The translations under genes and the position numbers were made by a program. Under the pieces are notes generated by a model that saw only the letters and a program-made list of their open reading frames with translations, did no database searches and was not told the DNA's origin. Below are positions 9,850-18,998 of a stretch of 41,473 bases of DNA, piece by piece. Every line of letters begins with the position of its first letter. The stretch's first letter is position 1. Origin of the DNA: an uncultured Eubacteriales bacterium (GTDB taxonomy: Bacteria > Bacillota > Clostridia > Christensenellales > QAND01); contig UREB01000001.1 of assembly GCA_900546685.1 (NCBI GenBank), forward strand, positions 1 to 41,473, written 5' to 3'.

Positions 9850-10053
9850 TCAGCGTTTCGTTGTTTGCAGCGTATCCTTTTTCAGCGGAATCTCATACAC
9901 ATCGGTATACGATTCCACTTCCGCATCATCGAGCGGGGGCGCATAACAAAGGCCGGTACATTCTGTGGCGGAAGCCACGGAAAACAGGTCGTCGGTGAAT
10001 TCATCGGCAAATTCGACGTTGTAGTCGTCTTTTTTCTTAGAATCATCCATCAT
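9850..10053 (-). CDS. Small hyper-acidic protein (67 aa), function unknown
   Basis: AGGAGG lies 5 nt upstream of ATGATG (complement of 10048-10053), 43 nt downstream of the glycosyltransferase stop, and is followed by a terminator. 17 D/E versus 7 K/R, with one CxxxC (ECTGLC). No recognised family. Confidence 0.55.
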   Translation of the reverse strand: MMDDSKKKDDYNVEFADEFTDDLFSVASATECTGLCYAPPLDDAEVESYTDVYEIPLKKDTLQTTKR

Positions 10054-10096
10054 GATTTCCTCCTTCCCGCTCTAGTGTGGCCTGTTCTGCTTTGGC

Positions 10097-11206
10097 TCAT
10101 ACCGATTCTTTCGCGCTGCGCTGCGCCATGGCGTTTTCCGCCCGTTTTTGCGCAAAATACGCGCGGTTGTAGGCCACGGATGCATCGTCCGGCTTATAGG
10201 CGGCGGCTTTTTCATTGTAGGCGGCCGCCTTTTCCCATTGCCCCATAGCATCGTAACACAGGCAAAGCTGGATATACGGGATATAGCCGTAGCAATCCGG
10301 CTGCACAAAGCCGCGCGTTAGGTCCATCGGGCGGCTCAGCGCCGTTTGATACCAAAACACCGCCGTTTCAAACATGCGCCTTTGGTAAAACAGATGGCCC
10401 AATTCACAGCAGGTCTCCGCCCGCGGGGCATCGTATACAAAGCTCCTCAGCAGCGCCTGCAGCGCCTTTTCTTCCTTGCCCAGCTGATGATAGCACAACG
10501 ATAGATCCTGGCAGGCGCCAATGTTGTTTTCCACCCAGCCCCGGCCCTCTGCCAAGAAAGCCTCGAACACATCGGCGGCTTGCTGGTAGGCGGCATGGTA
10601 ATACAGCTCGCGGGCGTAATAATACTGCGCCCGCGGCTCCAACGCTTCGCCGCGATCCACCATAGCCTGGTAGATGCGCAGGTTGCGGTCCGGGTCTCCA
10701 GGCTTTTCCTTTCGATGCTCAATGGCAATATCGCTATGCAGAATGCGCCCGGCCGGGGCAATGACCTCGTGCACCGCGCCCTCCCAGACAAAGCCTGCGC
10801 CGCGCTTTACGATGCGCTCCCGCTCGTAGGCAAAGGTAGGCTGGCCTGCCGCATCAAAGGCAACGCGGTACTGCATCATCACCAGATCCACCGCCCCGTC
10901 CATGGTGCGCTTTAATTCCCGGATGCGCTCGATGTTTTCCGGCGTTACGACGTCGTCGGCATCCAGCCACATGAGATAGTCGCAGGTGCCTTTGGAAAAG
11001 GCAAAGTTGCGCGCCTGGGCAAAATCATCCTGCCAGGCAAAATCATACACCTTCTCCGTATACTGCCGCGCAATCTCCTTGGTTTTATCCACAGAACCGG
11101 TATCTACAACGACCACCTCATCGGCAAACTGAACAGCCGAGGCCAGGCAGCGCGACAATACCTCCTCTTCATTTTTTACAATCATACAAACGCTCAGCGT
11201 ATGCAT
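10097..11206 (-). CDS. Family-2 (GT-A) glycosyltransferase fused to C-terminal TPR-like repeats (SunS/GmaR-type protein glycosyltransferase architecture)
   Basis: Start trimmed to MHTLSVCMIVKNEEE, with AAGGAAGG RBS 9 nt upstream. GT2 hallmarks: VVVVDTGSVDKT and WLDADD (DxD). The C-terminal half has helical repeats: YYYARELYYHAAYQQAADVFEAFL, LCYHQLGKEEKALQALLRS, GHLFYQRRMFETAVFWYQTAL, LCYDAMGQWEKAAAYNEKA. Confidence 0.85.
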   Translation of the reverse strand: MHTLSVCMIVKNEEEVLSRCLASAVQFADEVVVVDTGSVDKTKEIARQYTEKVYDFAWQDDFAQARNFAFSKGTCDYLMWLDADDVVTPENIERIRELKRTMDGAVDLVMMQYRVAFDAAGQPTFAYERERIVKRGAGFVWEGAVHEVIAPAGRILHSDIAIEHRKEKPGDPDRNLRIYQAMVDRGEALEPRAQYYYARELYYHAAYQQAADVFEAFLAEGRGWVENNIGACQDLSLCYHQLGKEEKALQALLRSFVYDAPRAETCCELGHLFYQRRMFETAVFWYQTALSRPMDLTRGFVQPDCYGYIPYIQLCLCYDAMGQWEKAAAYNEKAAAYKPDDASVAYNRAYFAQKRAENAMAQRSAKESV

Positions 11207-11321
11207 CCTCCAGAACCTTCCTTTCGCTTGGTGTATGGCAGCGCCGTACTCACACGAACACCGCCCCCTTTGCATAGTATGAAAAGGAGACAGATGTCTT
11301 CACACAAAAGGAAAGGAATGG

Positions 11322-12371
<1,050 letters not shown>

Positions 12372-12390
12372 CGCCAGCTTTTAGAAAAGC

Positions 12391-12422
12391 AAAAAAAGAG
12401 AAGCGCTTGCTTCTCTTTTTTT
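12391..12422. terminator. Bidirectional rho-independent terminator
   Basis: A7-GAGAAGC-GCTT-GCTTCTC-T7, between the convergent collagen-like gene (+) and the SDR gene (-). Confidence 0.75.
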
Positions 12423-12428
12423 ATGCTG

Positions 12429-13490
12429 TCAACCTATTTCCTCCCGCAGGATGCGAACCGTGGCGCGCAGGCCTTCTTCAAGCCGGACGCCGGGCGCCCA
12501 TCCCAACGATTGTAGCTTTTCCGCGCTTAGCACCGCATGGGTGATGGGGGTAAACCCTGCCTTTTCCGCCGCATCCGGCTGGGCAAAGACAACCTGCGTG
12601 CCGCCCGCCGCGGCTGTTTTTTCCGCCATGGCCCGCACGGTGGCCCGGCTGCGCGCGTCCGCCACGTTGTATGCCTCCCCGCTTTGGCCGCGCAAGAGGA
12701 TATACAAGAGCGCCGCGGCCGCGTCCGTAGCGTAGCACCAGGTACGATCCTGCAGGCCCTCGCTTTTCAGCACGATGGGCTCCCCTGCCACGGCATTGCG
12801 TACAAACTGGGCAATGGCCCGGCTGTCGCTTTTTGTCATGGTTGGCCCATATAGATGGCAGGGGCGGGCGATGACGCTGTCCACCCCGTATTCCTGGCGG
12901 TAGGCTTGGCACAGCACCTCGGCGGCGCGCTTGCCGGCCGGGTAGCAGGCGCGCGGGCTGCTATGGTCTACCGTGCCGCAGTCCGTTTCCACAAACGGCG
13001 GCGCATCCGCCGGCATCTGCCCGTACATCTCCCCGGAGGAAACAAACAGCAGCCGGCTATGCCATTGCCTTGCTAACGACAATAGGCGTTCCGTACCGTC
13101 AAAGTTTGCCTTCAGCGTTTCCACCGGGTATTTGGCAAAGGAAACAGGGTCGGCGTTGCTGGCGGCATGGACGATATAGTCCACCGGCTGGGTCAGCGCG
13201 CCAAGCTCGGCGTTGATATCCTGCTCCACAAAGGTAAACCACGGATCCTTCCAAACATCAGCAAAGCGCGCCTGCCCACGCTCGGCCGAGCGCCCCAGCG
13301 CATAGATGTGCACGCCGATTTGCCGTTGCCGGTTGGCCGCCATCAATAGATCCACCAGGCACGAGCCCAGCATGCCCGTGGCCCCGGTGATGAGTACGCG
13401 CTTGCCCGAAAGCGCCTGGATGGGCAGGCCGGGATCTTCTACGGCAGCTGTTAGCTGGGCAAGGTAGGCAGGGTGGCGATACCGATTCAT
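12429..13490 (-). CDS. Extended short-chain dehydrogenase/reductase (NAD-dependent epimerase/dehydratase family); candidate CDP-alditol pathway reductase
   Basis: 353 aa with a Rossmann motif VLITGATGMLGSCLV, SSGEMYG, and catalytic YPAGK (YxxxK). ATGA overlap with the upstream cytidylyltransferase gene at 13487-13490. Confidence 0.8.
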   Translation of the reverse strand: MNRYRHPAYLAQLTAAVEDPGLPIQALSGKRVLITGATGMLGSCLVDLLMAANRQRQIGVHIYALGRSAERGQARFADVWKDPWFTFVEQDINAELGALTQPVDYIVHAASNADPVSFAKYPVETLKANFDGTERLLSLARQWHSRLLFVSSGEMYGQMPADAPPFVETDCGTVDHSSPRACYPAGKRAAEVLCQAYRQEYGVDSVIARPCHLYGPTMTKSDSRAIAQFVRNAVAGEPIVLKSEGLQDRTWCYATDAAAALLYILLRGQSGEAYNVADARSRATVRAMAEKTAAAGGTQVVFAQPDAAEKAGFTPITHAVLSAEKLQSLGWAPGVRLEEGLRATVRILREEIG

Positions 13491-14194
13491 TGCCCCATTC
13501 TCCTATCGTTTGTAAGCAGCGCCCGGAAAATATCAAGGTCGTCCTGCGTAGTCAATTTGACATTGCGCTCCGAACCGGCGGAAAAATGGATGGTTTCCCC
13601 CAATTCGCACATCAACGTGCAGGTGGCCACGGAATTGGTGATGCCGCGCTTTTTCGCCTCCTGATGCGCCCAAACCAGCTTGCCCAGCGGATAGCATTGC
13701 GGCGTCTGGGTACGCATGAGCTTATCGCGATCCACTGCCTGGGTAGAAGCGCTTTTGTCCTCGGTGAAAAACATAGCTTCTGCACAGGAAATGGCGGTGA
13801 TGGCGCCCCCATACTGGCGGCATACCGCCAAGTTCTCCGAGATGATATGGGCCGATACCATCGGGCGGATCGCATCATGGATGGAAATCAGATCCGTTTC
13901 CCCATAGTGCTTTGCCAGCTCCATGATGCCGTTGCAAATGGATTCCTGCCCGGTTTTGCCGCCGGAAACGATGTGCTTGAGCTTTGTGATGTGGTACTGC
14001 CTTGCATATGCCCAAACCGTTTCATGCCATCCATCAATGCAGACCAAACCAATGGCATCGATCTCCGGGTGCTTTTGAAAGGCCTCCAGCGTATAGATCA
14101 GCACGGGCTTATCGTACACGTTGATAAACTGCTTTGGAATTTCAGACTGCATTCTCTGGCCAGAGCCTCCGGCGATGATTAAAGCAATATTCAT
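13487..14194 (-). CDS. IspD/TarI-family cytidylyltransferase (ribitol-5-P / alditol-phosphate cytidylyltransferase-like)
   Basis: 235 aa. MNIALIIAGGSGQRMQSEIPKQFINVYDKPVLIYTLEAF matches the IspD/TarI N-terminal signature (AGGxGxRM...PKQF). Confidence 0.8.
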   Translation of the reverse strand: MNIALIIAGGSGQRMQSEIPKQFINVYDKPVLIYTLEAFQKHPEIDAIGLVCIDGWHETVWAYARQYHITKLKHIVSGGKTGQESICNGIMELAKHYGETDLISIHDAIRPMVSAHIISENLAVCRQYGGAITAISCAEAMFFTEDKSASTQAVDRDKLMRTQTPQCYPLGKLVWAHQEAKKRGITNSVATCTLMCELGETIHFSAGSERNVKLTTQDDLDIFRALLTNDRRMGQ

Positions 14195-14305
14195 GGATAC
14201 TCTCCCTTACATAAGGATAAAATGATGGTTTCATTATATACTATATCCGAAAAGGATGCAGGAAAAAATACTTTTTTGCCGCCGCGCCAGCCCGCGCTGT
14301 TTATC

Positions 14306-14334
14306 TTGACCCACTTCTTTCCAGCGGCTATAAT
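14306..14334 (+). promoter_or_regulatory. Putative sigma-A promoter (TTGACC-17-TATAAT) of the CoA-transferase gene
   Basis: TTGACC at 14306-14311 and TATAAT at 14329-14334, 17-nt spacer, about 85 nt upstream of the start codon. Confidence 0.55.
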
Positions 14335-14419
14335 AGCTATGATAAGGAATTCACAAACTTTCTTCCACGATCCAAAAAAAGCATTTGTATAGAGAAAATT
14401 CTTGAAGGAGGCCCTTTTG

Positions 14420-15760
14420 ATGAGTTTTGCAGACCAATACAAACAGAAACTGACCACTGCCGAGCAAGCGGTACGCTGCGTAAAATCCGGCGACTGGGTA
14501 GACTACGGCTGGTGCGTATGCCATCCTGTCAGCCTGGACCGTGCGCTGGCCGCCAGAGCTGAAGAGCTAACGGATATCAACATCCGCGGCGGCATCGCGC
14601 TTTGGAAGCCTGCGATTGCCGAGGTGCCGGAGGCAGAAAAGCACTTTACCTGGAATTCCTGGCATATGAGCGGCATCGAGCGCAAGATGATCGCCCAGGG
14701 CATGGCCTATTATGCGCCCATCCGCTATTCCGAGCTGCCGCGCTATTACCGCGAAAATGTGGAGCGTGTGGACGTGGCAATGTTCCAGGTGGCGCCGATG
14801 GACGAGCACGGCTACTTTAACTTCGGCCCCACAGCCAGCCATATGATGGCCATGTGCGAACAGGCCAAGACCATCATCGTAGAGGTCAACAAAAACGTGC
14901 CGCGCTGCCTGGGCGGCAAGGAAGAGAGCATCCACATTTCCCAGGTGGATATGATCGTAGAGGGCGATAACCCGCCCATGGGCCAGATGGGCGGCGGCGG
15001 AGCGGCCACCGAGGTAGACCAGGCCGTGGCAAAGCTCATCGTAGAGGAAATTCCGGACGGCGCCTGCTTGCAGCTGGGCATCGGCGGCATGCCCAACGCC
15101 GTGGGTTCGCTGATTGCCGAGAGCGATTTGAAGGATTTGGGCGTGCATACCGAGATGTATGTGGATGCGTTTGTGGACATCGCCAAGGCCGGCAAGATCA
15201 CGGGCGCGCGCAAGAATATCGACCGTTTCCGCCAGACCTACGCCTTTGCTGCCGGTACGCAGAAGCTGTACGATTTCCTAAACGACAACCCGGAATGCAT
15301 GAGCTGCCCGGTAGACTATACCAACGACGCGCGCACCATCTCCCAGCTGGATAACTTCATGTCCATCAACAACGCGGTGGATGTGGACCTATTTGGCCAG
15401 GTCAACGCCGAATCCGCCGGCATCAAGCACATCAGCGGCGCAGGCGGGCAGCTGGATTTCGTGCTGGGCGCATACCTGTCCAAGGGCGGCAAGAGCTTTA
15501 TCTGCTGCTCGTCGACGTTTACCACCAAATCCGGCGAAGTGAAAAGCCGTATTGTGCCCACGCTGGCGCCTGGCTCCATTGTCACGGATACCCGCGCCAA
15601 CATCCATTACCTGGTCACCGAATACGGCAAGGTAAACCTAAAAGGCCTTTCCACCTGGCAAAAGGCCGAGGCCATCATTTCTGTGGCGCATCCGGATTTC
15701 CGCGACGAGCTCATCAAACAGGCCGAGCAGAACCATATCTGGCGGCGTTCCAACAAATAA
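14420..15760 (+). CDS. but: Butyryl-CoA:acetate CoA-transferase-like enzyme (acetyl-CoA hydrolase/transferase family)
   Basis: Start set at ATG 14420, with GAAGGAGG 8 nt upstream. [54 protein letters not shown] and [13 protein letters not shown] resemble gut-clostridial But enzymes. Substrate assignment is by family resemblance only. Confidence 0.85.
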   Translation: MSFADQYKQKLTTAEQAVRCVKSGDWVDYGWCVCHPVSLDRALAARAEELTDINIRGGIALWKPAIAEVPEAEKHFTWNSWHMSGIERKMIAQGMAYYAPIRYSELPRYYRENVERVDVAMFQVAPMDEHGYFNFGPTASHMMAMCEQAKTIIVEVNKNVPRCLGGKEESIHISQVDMIVEGDNPPMGQMGGGGAATEVDQAVAKLIVEEIPDGACLQLGIGGMPNAVGSLIAESDLKDLGVHTEMYVDAFVDIAKAGKITGARKNIDRFRQTYAFAAGTQKLYDFLNDNPECMSCPVDYTNDARTISQLDNFMSINNAVDVDLFGQVNAESAGIKHISGAGGQLDFVLGAYLSKGGKSFICCSSTFTTKSGEVKSRIVPTLAPGSIVTDTRANIHYLVTEYGKVNLKGLSTWQKAEAIISVAHPDFRDELIKQAEQNHIWRRSNK

Positions 15761-15767
15761 ACCACGC

Positions 15768-15800
15768 AAAAACAGCCCTTTGGCAAAGGGCTGTTTTTTT
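15768..15800 (+). terminator. Rho-independent terminator
   Basis: CAGCCCTTT-GGC-AAAGGGCTG followed by T7. Confidence 0.75.
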
Positions 15801-15852
15801 GATGGCAGCAGGCCGGTTTCCGGCCGACGGTATGTGAAGATAGAGAGGAGCC

Positions 15853-16245
15853 ATGGCTGTGGAACGGTTTTTGCAGCTGCTTTTATCCTGGGCTTGGCAT
15901 GAACCCAAAATACAAAGCGTCGTCCTCGTAGGCTCGTATGCCAGAGGAGCGCAGCGCCCTTTTTCTGATCTGGATCTTATCCTCCTCACGCCGGATCGGG
16001 CCTATTTTTTAGCGCAGCAGGCGTTCCTCCATCAATTTGGGCCGGTGCAAAGCATCCAGCAGGAAGCGTATGGGGCGTGTACATCGCTGCGCGTTTGGTA
16101 TTCATCCGGCCTGGAAGTAGAGTTCGGGTTTGTAACGACAGCCTGGATGGCGTATCCATTAGACCAAGGCACAGAGCGGGTGCTGCGCGACGGATATCTC
16201 GTGCTTTTGGACAAAGGATGTTACTTTCAGTCGTTATCCTTTTAG
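15853..16245 (+). CDS. Nucleotidyltransferase-domain protein, ANT(6)/AadK-like N-terminal half only
   Basis: 130 aa with a GAGAGGAG RBS. The Pol-beta NTase motif VVLVGSYARGAQRPFSDLDLILL (G-S...D-x-D) is present. LEVEFGFV...DGYLVLLDKG parallels the AadK-type N-domain. No C-terminal helical domain follows. Confidence 0.55.
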   Translation: MAVERFLQLLLSWAWHEPKIQSVVLVGSYARGAQRPFSDLDLILLTPDRAYFLAQQAFLHQFGPVQSIQQEAYGACTSLRVWYSSGLEVEFGFVTTAWMAYPLDQGTERVLRDGYLVLLDKGCYFQSLSF

Positions 16246-16335
16246 CGCTTTCTCATTTTTTTCGCTCTTTGGCCGCATTCGGGTGTATACTATATACAAG
16301 GCACAAATATGTTCCTTTTGAAGGAGGGGGTTATT

Positions 16336-16845
16336 ATGAGCAAGATTACCAACAAGCCGACCAAAACAGACGAAACAACCCTGGCCCTGCGCGGGCTGTG
16401 CGCCAAGCGCGCCAGCACCATCTGCTATATGATCCAGCAGGCCAAAGAGCACGGCGTGCAGGATGGCGCGGCCTTTGCCCGGGAAGCCATTACCAAATAC
16501 GGAGAGGACATTGGGCAAGTCGTCAAAAGCAAGATGAAAGACCCGGACGATCTGCTGGAATTTTCCCAGTATTTCGGCGCCGGGGCGGATCGCGACATCT
16601 ACGAGATGGAGGTCATCGCGCAGGACGAGGATCGTTTTTATCTGGATTTCCATTACTGCCCGTATGTGGCGGAATGGCAAAAAATGGGCCGCGACCCGGA
16701 GGAAATGGCGGAATTGTGCGATATCGCCATGGAGGGCGACAGGGCCGTGGGCGCCTCGTTTGACGCATTTGAGTTTACATTGGGCGAGACCATCGCACAG
16801 GGCTGCCCTGCCTGCCAGATCCGGTTTGACAGGGTGAAAAAATAA
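16336..16845 (+). CDS. L-2-amino-thiazoline-4-carboxylic acid (ATC) hydrolase-family protein, function unknown
   Basis: Start at ATG 16336 after GAAGGAGGGGG. DFHYCPYVAEW, LCDIAMEGDRA and CPACQIRF resemble the ATC_hydrolase family as recalled from memory. Confidence 0.55.
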   Translation: MSKITNKPTKTDETTLALRGLCAKRASTICYMIQQAKEHGVQDGAAFAREAITKYGEDIGQVVKSKMKDPDDLLEFSQYFGAGADRDIYEMEVIAQDEDRFYLDFHYCPYVAEWQKMGRDPEEMAELCDIAMEGDRAVGASFDAFEFTLGETIAQGCPACQIRFDRVKK

Positions 16846-16853
16846 CAGATATG

Positions 16854-16879
16854 AAAAAAGACCCGTTGGGTCTTTTTTT
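16854..16879. terminator. Bidirectional rho-independent terminator
   Basis: A6-GACCC-GTT-GGGTC-T7, between convergent genes. It abuts the TAA of the YoaK-like gene at 16878-16880. Confidence 0.7.
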
Positions 16880-17561
16880 ATGTGCTGGGGCTGCGTGATG
16901 TCTCTTCCTTGAGGAACATGAGCGCAAAGCCCACCGCCATCAGGCCGGCGGCAATCCAGATGGTCTTTTCGCCAATCTGCCGGGTCAGCACAGCGCCCAG
17001 CGCCGCGCCGGCGGCAAACACCAGGATGATATAATAATAATGCAAGCTTTTGCGCAAAAGTGCCTTATCCCTTGTGATGTGGTAGCGGCTTAAAAGCTCC
17101 GTGCCGCTGCGCATGTTGCCGATGCACATGGTGGTGGCGCAGGGCACGCCGCGGAATTTACGAAAGCTGTCCACCTGCATGGCGCAGGCAAAGCTCATCA
17201 GCGCGTTGGCCAAGGGGTTCATCGCCTGCGGCAGAAAACCGGCCGCTATCAAAAGGGCGATCTCCACCAGCAGCACCGTCTGCCGCCAATGCAGCGTGCG
17301 GCTGTGCCGGCCGAGGTGGCGCACCCATTCCGAAGCATACACCCCCGCCAAAAACGCCAGCAGCGGAAACACATAATGCAGCGCCACCACCCACTGCCCG
17401 CCGGCCAGGCTTTGCCCCAAAAGCACGATGTTGCCGGTTTGCGCATTGGCAAACACCTGCCCACGGCAGTTGTAGGAATAGGCATCCTGGAGCCCGCCGG
17501 CCAGCGTCAGCACCGTGCCCAGCCGCAAGGAATCCGATATTTGTCCTCTGTGCCGTTTCAT
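16878..17561 (-). CDS. YoaK/DUF1275-family membrane protein (start trimmed to MKRHRGQISD)
   Basis: LGTVLTLAGGLQDAYSYNCRGQVFANAQTGNIVLLG is the family signature. ATGA overlap with the upstream GNAT gene at 17558-17561. Confidence 0.75.
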   Translation of the reverse strand: MKRHRGQISDSLRLGTVLTLAGGLQDAYSYNCRGQVFANAQTGNIVLLGQSLAGGQWVVALHYVFPLLAFLAGVYASEWVRHLGRHSRTLHWRQTVLLVEIALLIAAGFLPQAMNPLANALMSFACAMQVDSFRKFRGVPCATTMCIGNMRSGTELLSRYHITRDKALLRKSLHYYYIILVFAAGAALGAVLTRQIGEKTIWIAAGLMAVGFALMFLKEETSRSPST

Positions 17562-18181
17562 GGCCGCTGCACCCCTTCCTTCCTGCAAGGGCCAACGCCC
17601 TTTTCCACAAAATGGGGATACCGCTCCCGGTACGCCTTGTATACAGGGTGCGGGCCGCCGTTTAGATCCAGCTGGTACAGGCGGAACACAACCTCGAACC
17701 CCTTGGGCTTCCACTGCTCTGTATATGAATAGCAGTAGCGCATGCCCAGCTTTTGCATGACGCGCCCGCTTTTAGGGTTTTCCCTGTCGTGTGTGGCCGT
17801 CACATACGGCAGGCCCTGCCCTTTCAGCCAAGCCAGCACAGCGCGCCCCGCCTCCGGGATGATGCCTTGGCCCCAGCATTCGCGGCGCAGTGCATAGCCA
17901 AAATCATAGCTGTCCGTTTGGCTCAAATGCACATAGCCGATGGGCGTATCGTCCTCCTTCAAGCAGACGGCATACCGGCAGCCAAAGGGCAGGCGGTAGC
18001 TATCCAGGTAAAACGATTGTAAATGCGCCTGGGTCTGCCCAAGCGAAGCAAAGGGGAACCAGGGCAAAAAGCGGTTGACCTCCTCATCGCGCAGCAGGGC
18101 GAACAGGGCCTTGTCATCGTGCAAGGCAAACCTGCGGAGAATCAGGCGATCTGTATGCAGCGTCGGGGTATTTTCCTGCAT
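17558..18181 (-). CDS. GNAT N-acetyltransferase (RimJ/RimL-like; start trimmed to MQENTPTLHTDRLILRRF)
   Basis: TDRLILRRF...FLPW...IGYVHL...GYALRRECWGQGI is typical of Acetyltransf_3-type GNATs. AAGGAG lies 8 nt upstream of the ATG at 18179-18181. Confidence 0.8.
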   Translation of the reverse strand: MQENTPTLHTDRLILRRFALHDDKALFALLRDEEVNRFLPWFPFASLGQTQAHLQSFYLDSYRLPFGCRYAVCLKEDDTPIGYVHLSQTDSYDFGYALRRECWGQGIIPEAGRAVLAWLKGQGLPYVTATHDRENPKSGRVMQKLGMRYCYSYTEQWKPKGFEVVFRLYQLDLNGGPHPVYKAYRERYPHFVEKGVGPCRKEGVQRP

Positions 18182-18236
18182 GGCAGTTGCTCCTTTTACA
18201 GTAAAAACAGCGGGCTTTGGGCCCGCCGTCTGTTGT

Positions 18237-18983
18237 TTATGCCGGTGCATGCTGGCTGATATACGCCGGGCATACCTCATCCACCGGCCCTATCATTTTC
18301 AGGTGGCCGTGATCCAGCCACAGGGCGCGGTGGCAGATGCGCTGCACCTGCTCGATGGAGTGCGAAACAAACAAAATCGTCACCCCATGGGCACGCATCT
18401 GGTTGATGCGTTCCTCGCACTTTTGCTGAAACTGGAAATCGCCGACGGCCAGGATCTCATCACAGATGAGGATATCCGGCTCTATCACCGTGGCGATGGC
18501 AAAGCCCAGGCGGGCCACCATGCCAGAGGAATAGTTTTTCAGAGGCACGTCGACAAAATCGCGCAGCTCGGCAAAATCGATGATCTCATCGAATTTTTCC
18601 TGTAAAAATTTTTTGGAATAGCCCATCACAGAGCCGTTCAAATACACGTTTTCCCGGGCTGTCAGGTTCATATCAAAGCCAGCGCCCAGCTCTATCAGCG
18701 GGGCCAGCACGCCGTCCACACGGATGGTGCCGCTCGTCGGCTTGTAGATGCCGCTGACCAGCTTTAGCATTGTGCTCTTGCCGGAGCCGTTTAGGCCTAC
18801 CAGGCCGAATACCTCGCCCTTTCGCACCTGAAAGCTGACATCATCCAGCGCGGTAAATTCATTGTACATGATATTGCGCTTGATGGTACGGATAAAGTAT
18901 TCTTTAAGGTTATCCACTTTTTCGGTGGAAAGATTGAATTTCATCGTCACATGCTGCACATCCACGACGACCGGTTGTTCCAT
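18237..18983 (-). CDS. ABC transporter ATP-binding protein, polysaccharide/teichoic-acid export type (TagH/Wzt/RgpD-like)
   Basis: Walker A GLNGSGKST, signature YSSGMVARLGFA, Walker B ILICDE. 248 aa with no C-terminal carbohydrate-binding extension. Confidence 0.9.
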   Translation of the reverse strand: MEQPVVVDVQHVTMKFNLSTEKVDNLKEYFIRTIKRNIMYNEFTALDDVSFQVRKGEVFGLVGLNGSGKSTMLKLVSGIYKPTSGTIRVDGVLAPLIELGAGFDMNLTARENVYLNGSVMGYSKKFLQEKFDEIIDFAELRDFVDVPLKNYSSGMVARLGFAIATVIEPDILICDEILAVGDFQFQQKCEERINQMRAHGVTILFVSHSIEQVQRICHRALWLDHGHLKMIGPVDEVCPAYISQHAPA

Positions 18984-18998
18984 CGCTCTTTCCTCCTT

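Noticed and set aside
9850-11206. Canonical glycocin (sublancin-type) RiPP cluster
   Set aside because: There is no SunT-type C39-peptidase ABC exporter, thiol-disulfide oxidoreductase or immunity gene nearby. The 67-aa peptide has no double-glycine leader and only 2 Cys rather than two nested disulfide pairs. The idea is kept only as a looser 'protein or peptide substrate of a GT2-TPR enzyme' hypothesis.
14191-14457. 88-aa minus-strand ORF in the promoter region of the CoA-transferase gene
   Set aside because: It lies in AT-rich intergenic DNA, overlaps the plus-strand promoter, RBS and start, has no RBS of its own, and has an atypical composition for this genome.
15853-16845. MNT-HEPN type toxin-antitoxin pair
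   Set aside because: The NTase resembles the ANT(6) N-domain rather than minimal MNT antitoxins. The downstream protein looks like an ATC-hydrolase-family protein. Its RFYLDFH stretch is part of the family FHYCP motif, not a HEPN Rx4-6H site. The genes are separated by 90 nt, each with its own RBS.
16878-17714. Long N-terminal extensions proposed by the ORF track (for example 16878-17714, 39498-40307, 28250-29623, 32726-33247, 19786-20406)
   Set aside because: The extensions are Arg/Gly/Pro-rich and overlap the upstream gene's coding sequence. Internal Met codons with good RBSs, or ATGA coupling, coincide with the start of the conserved family sequence. Starts were trimmed accordingly.
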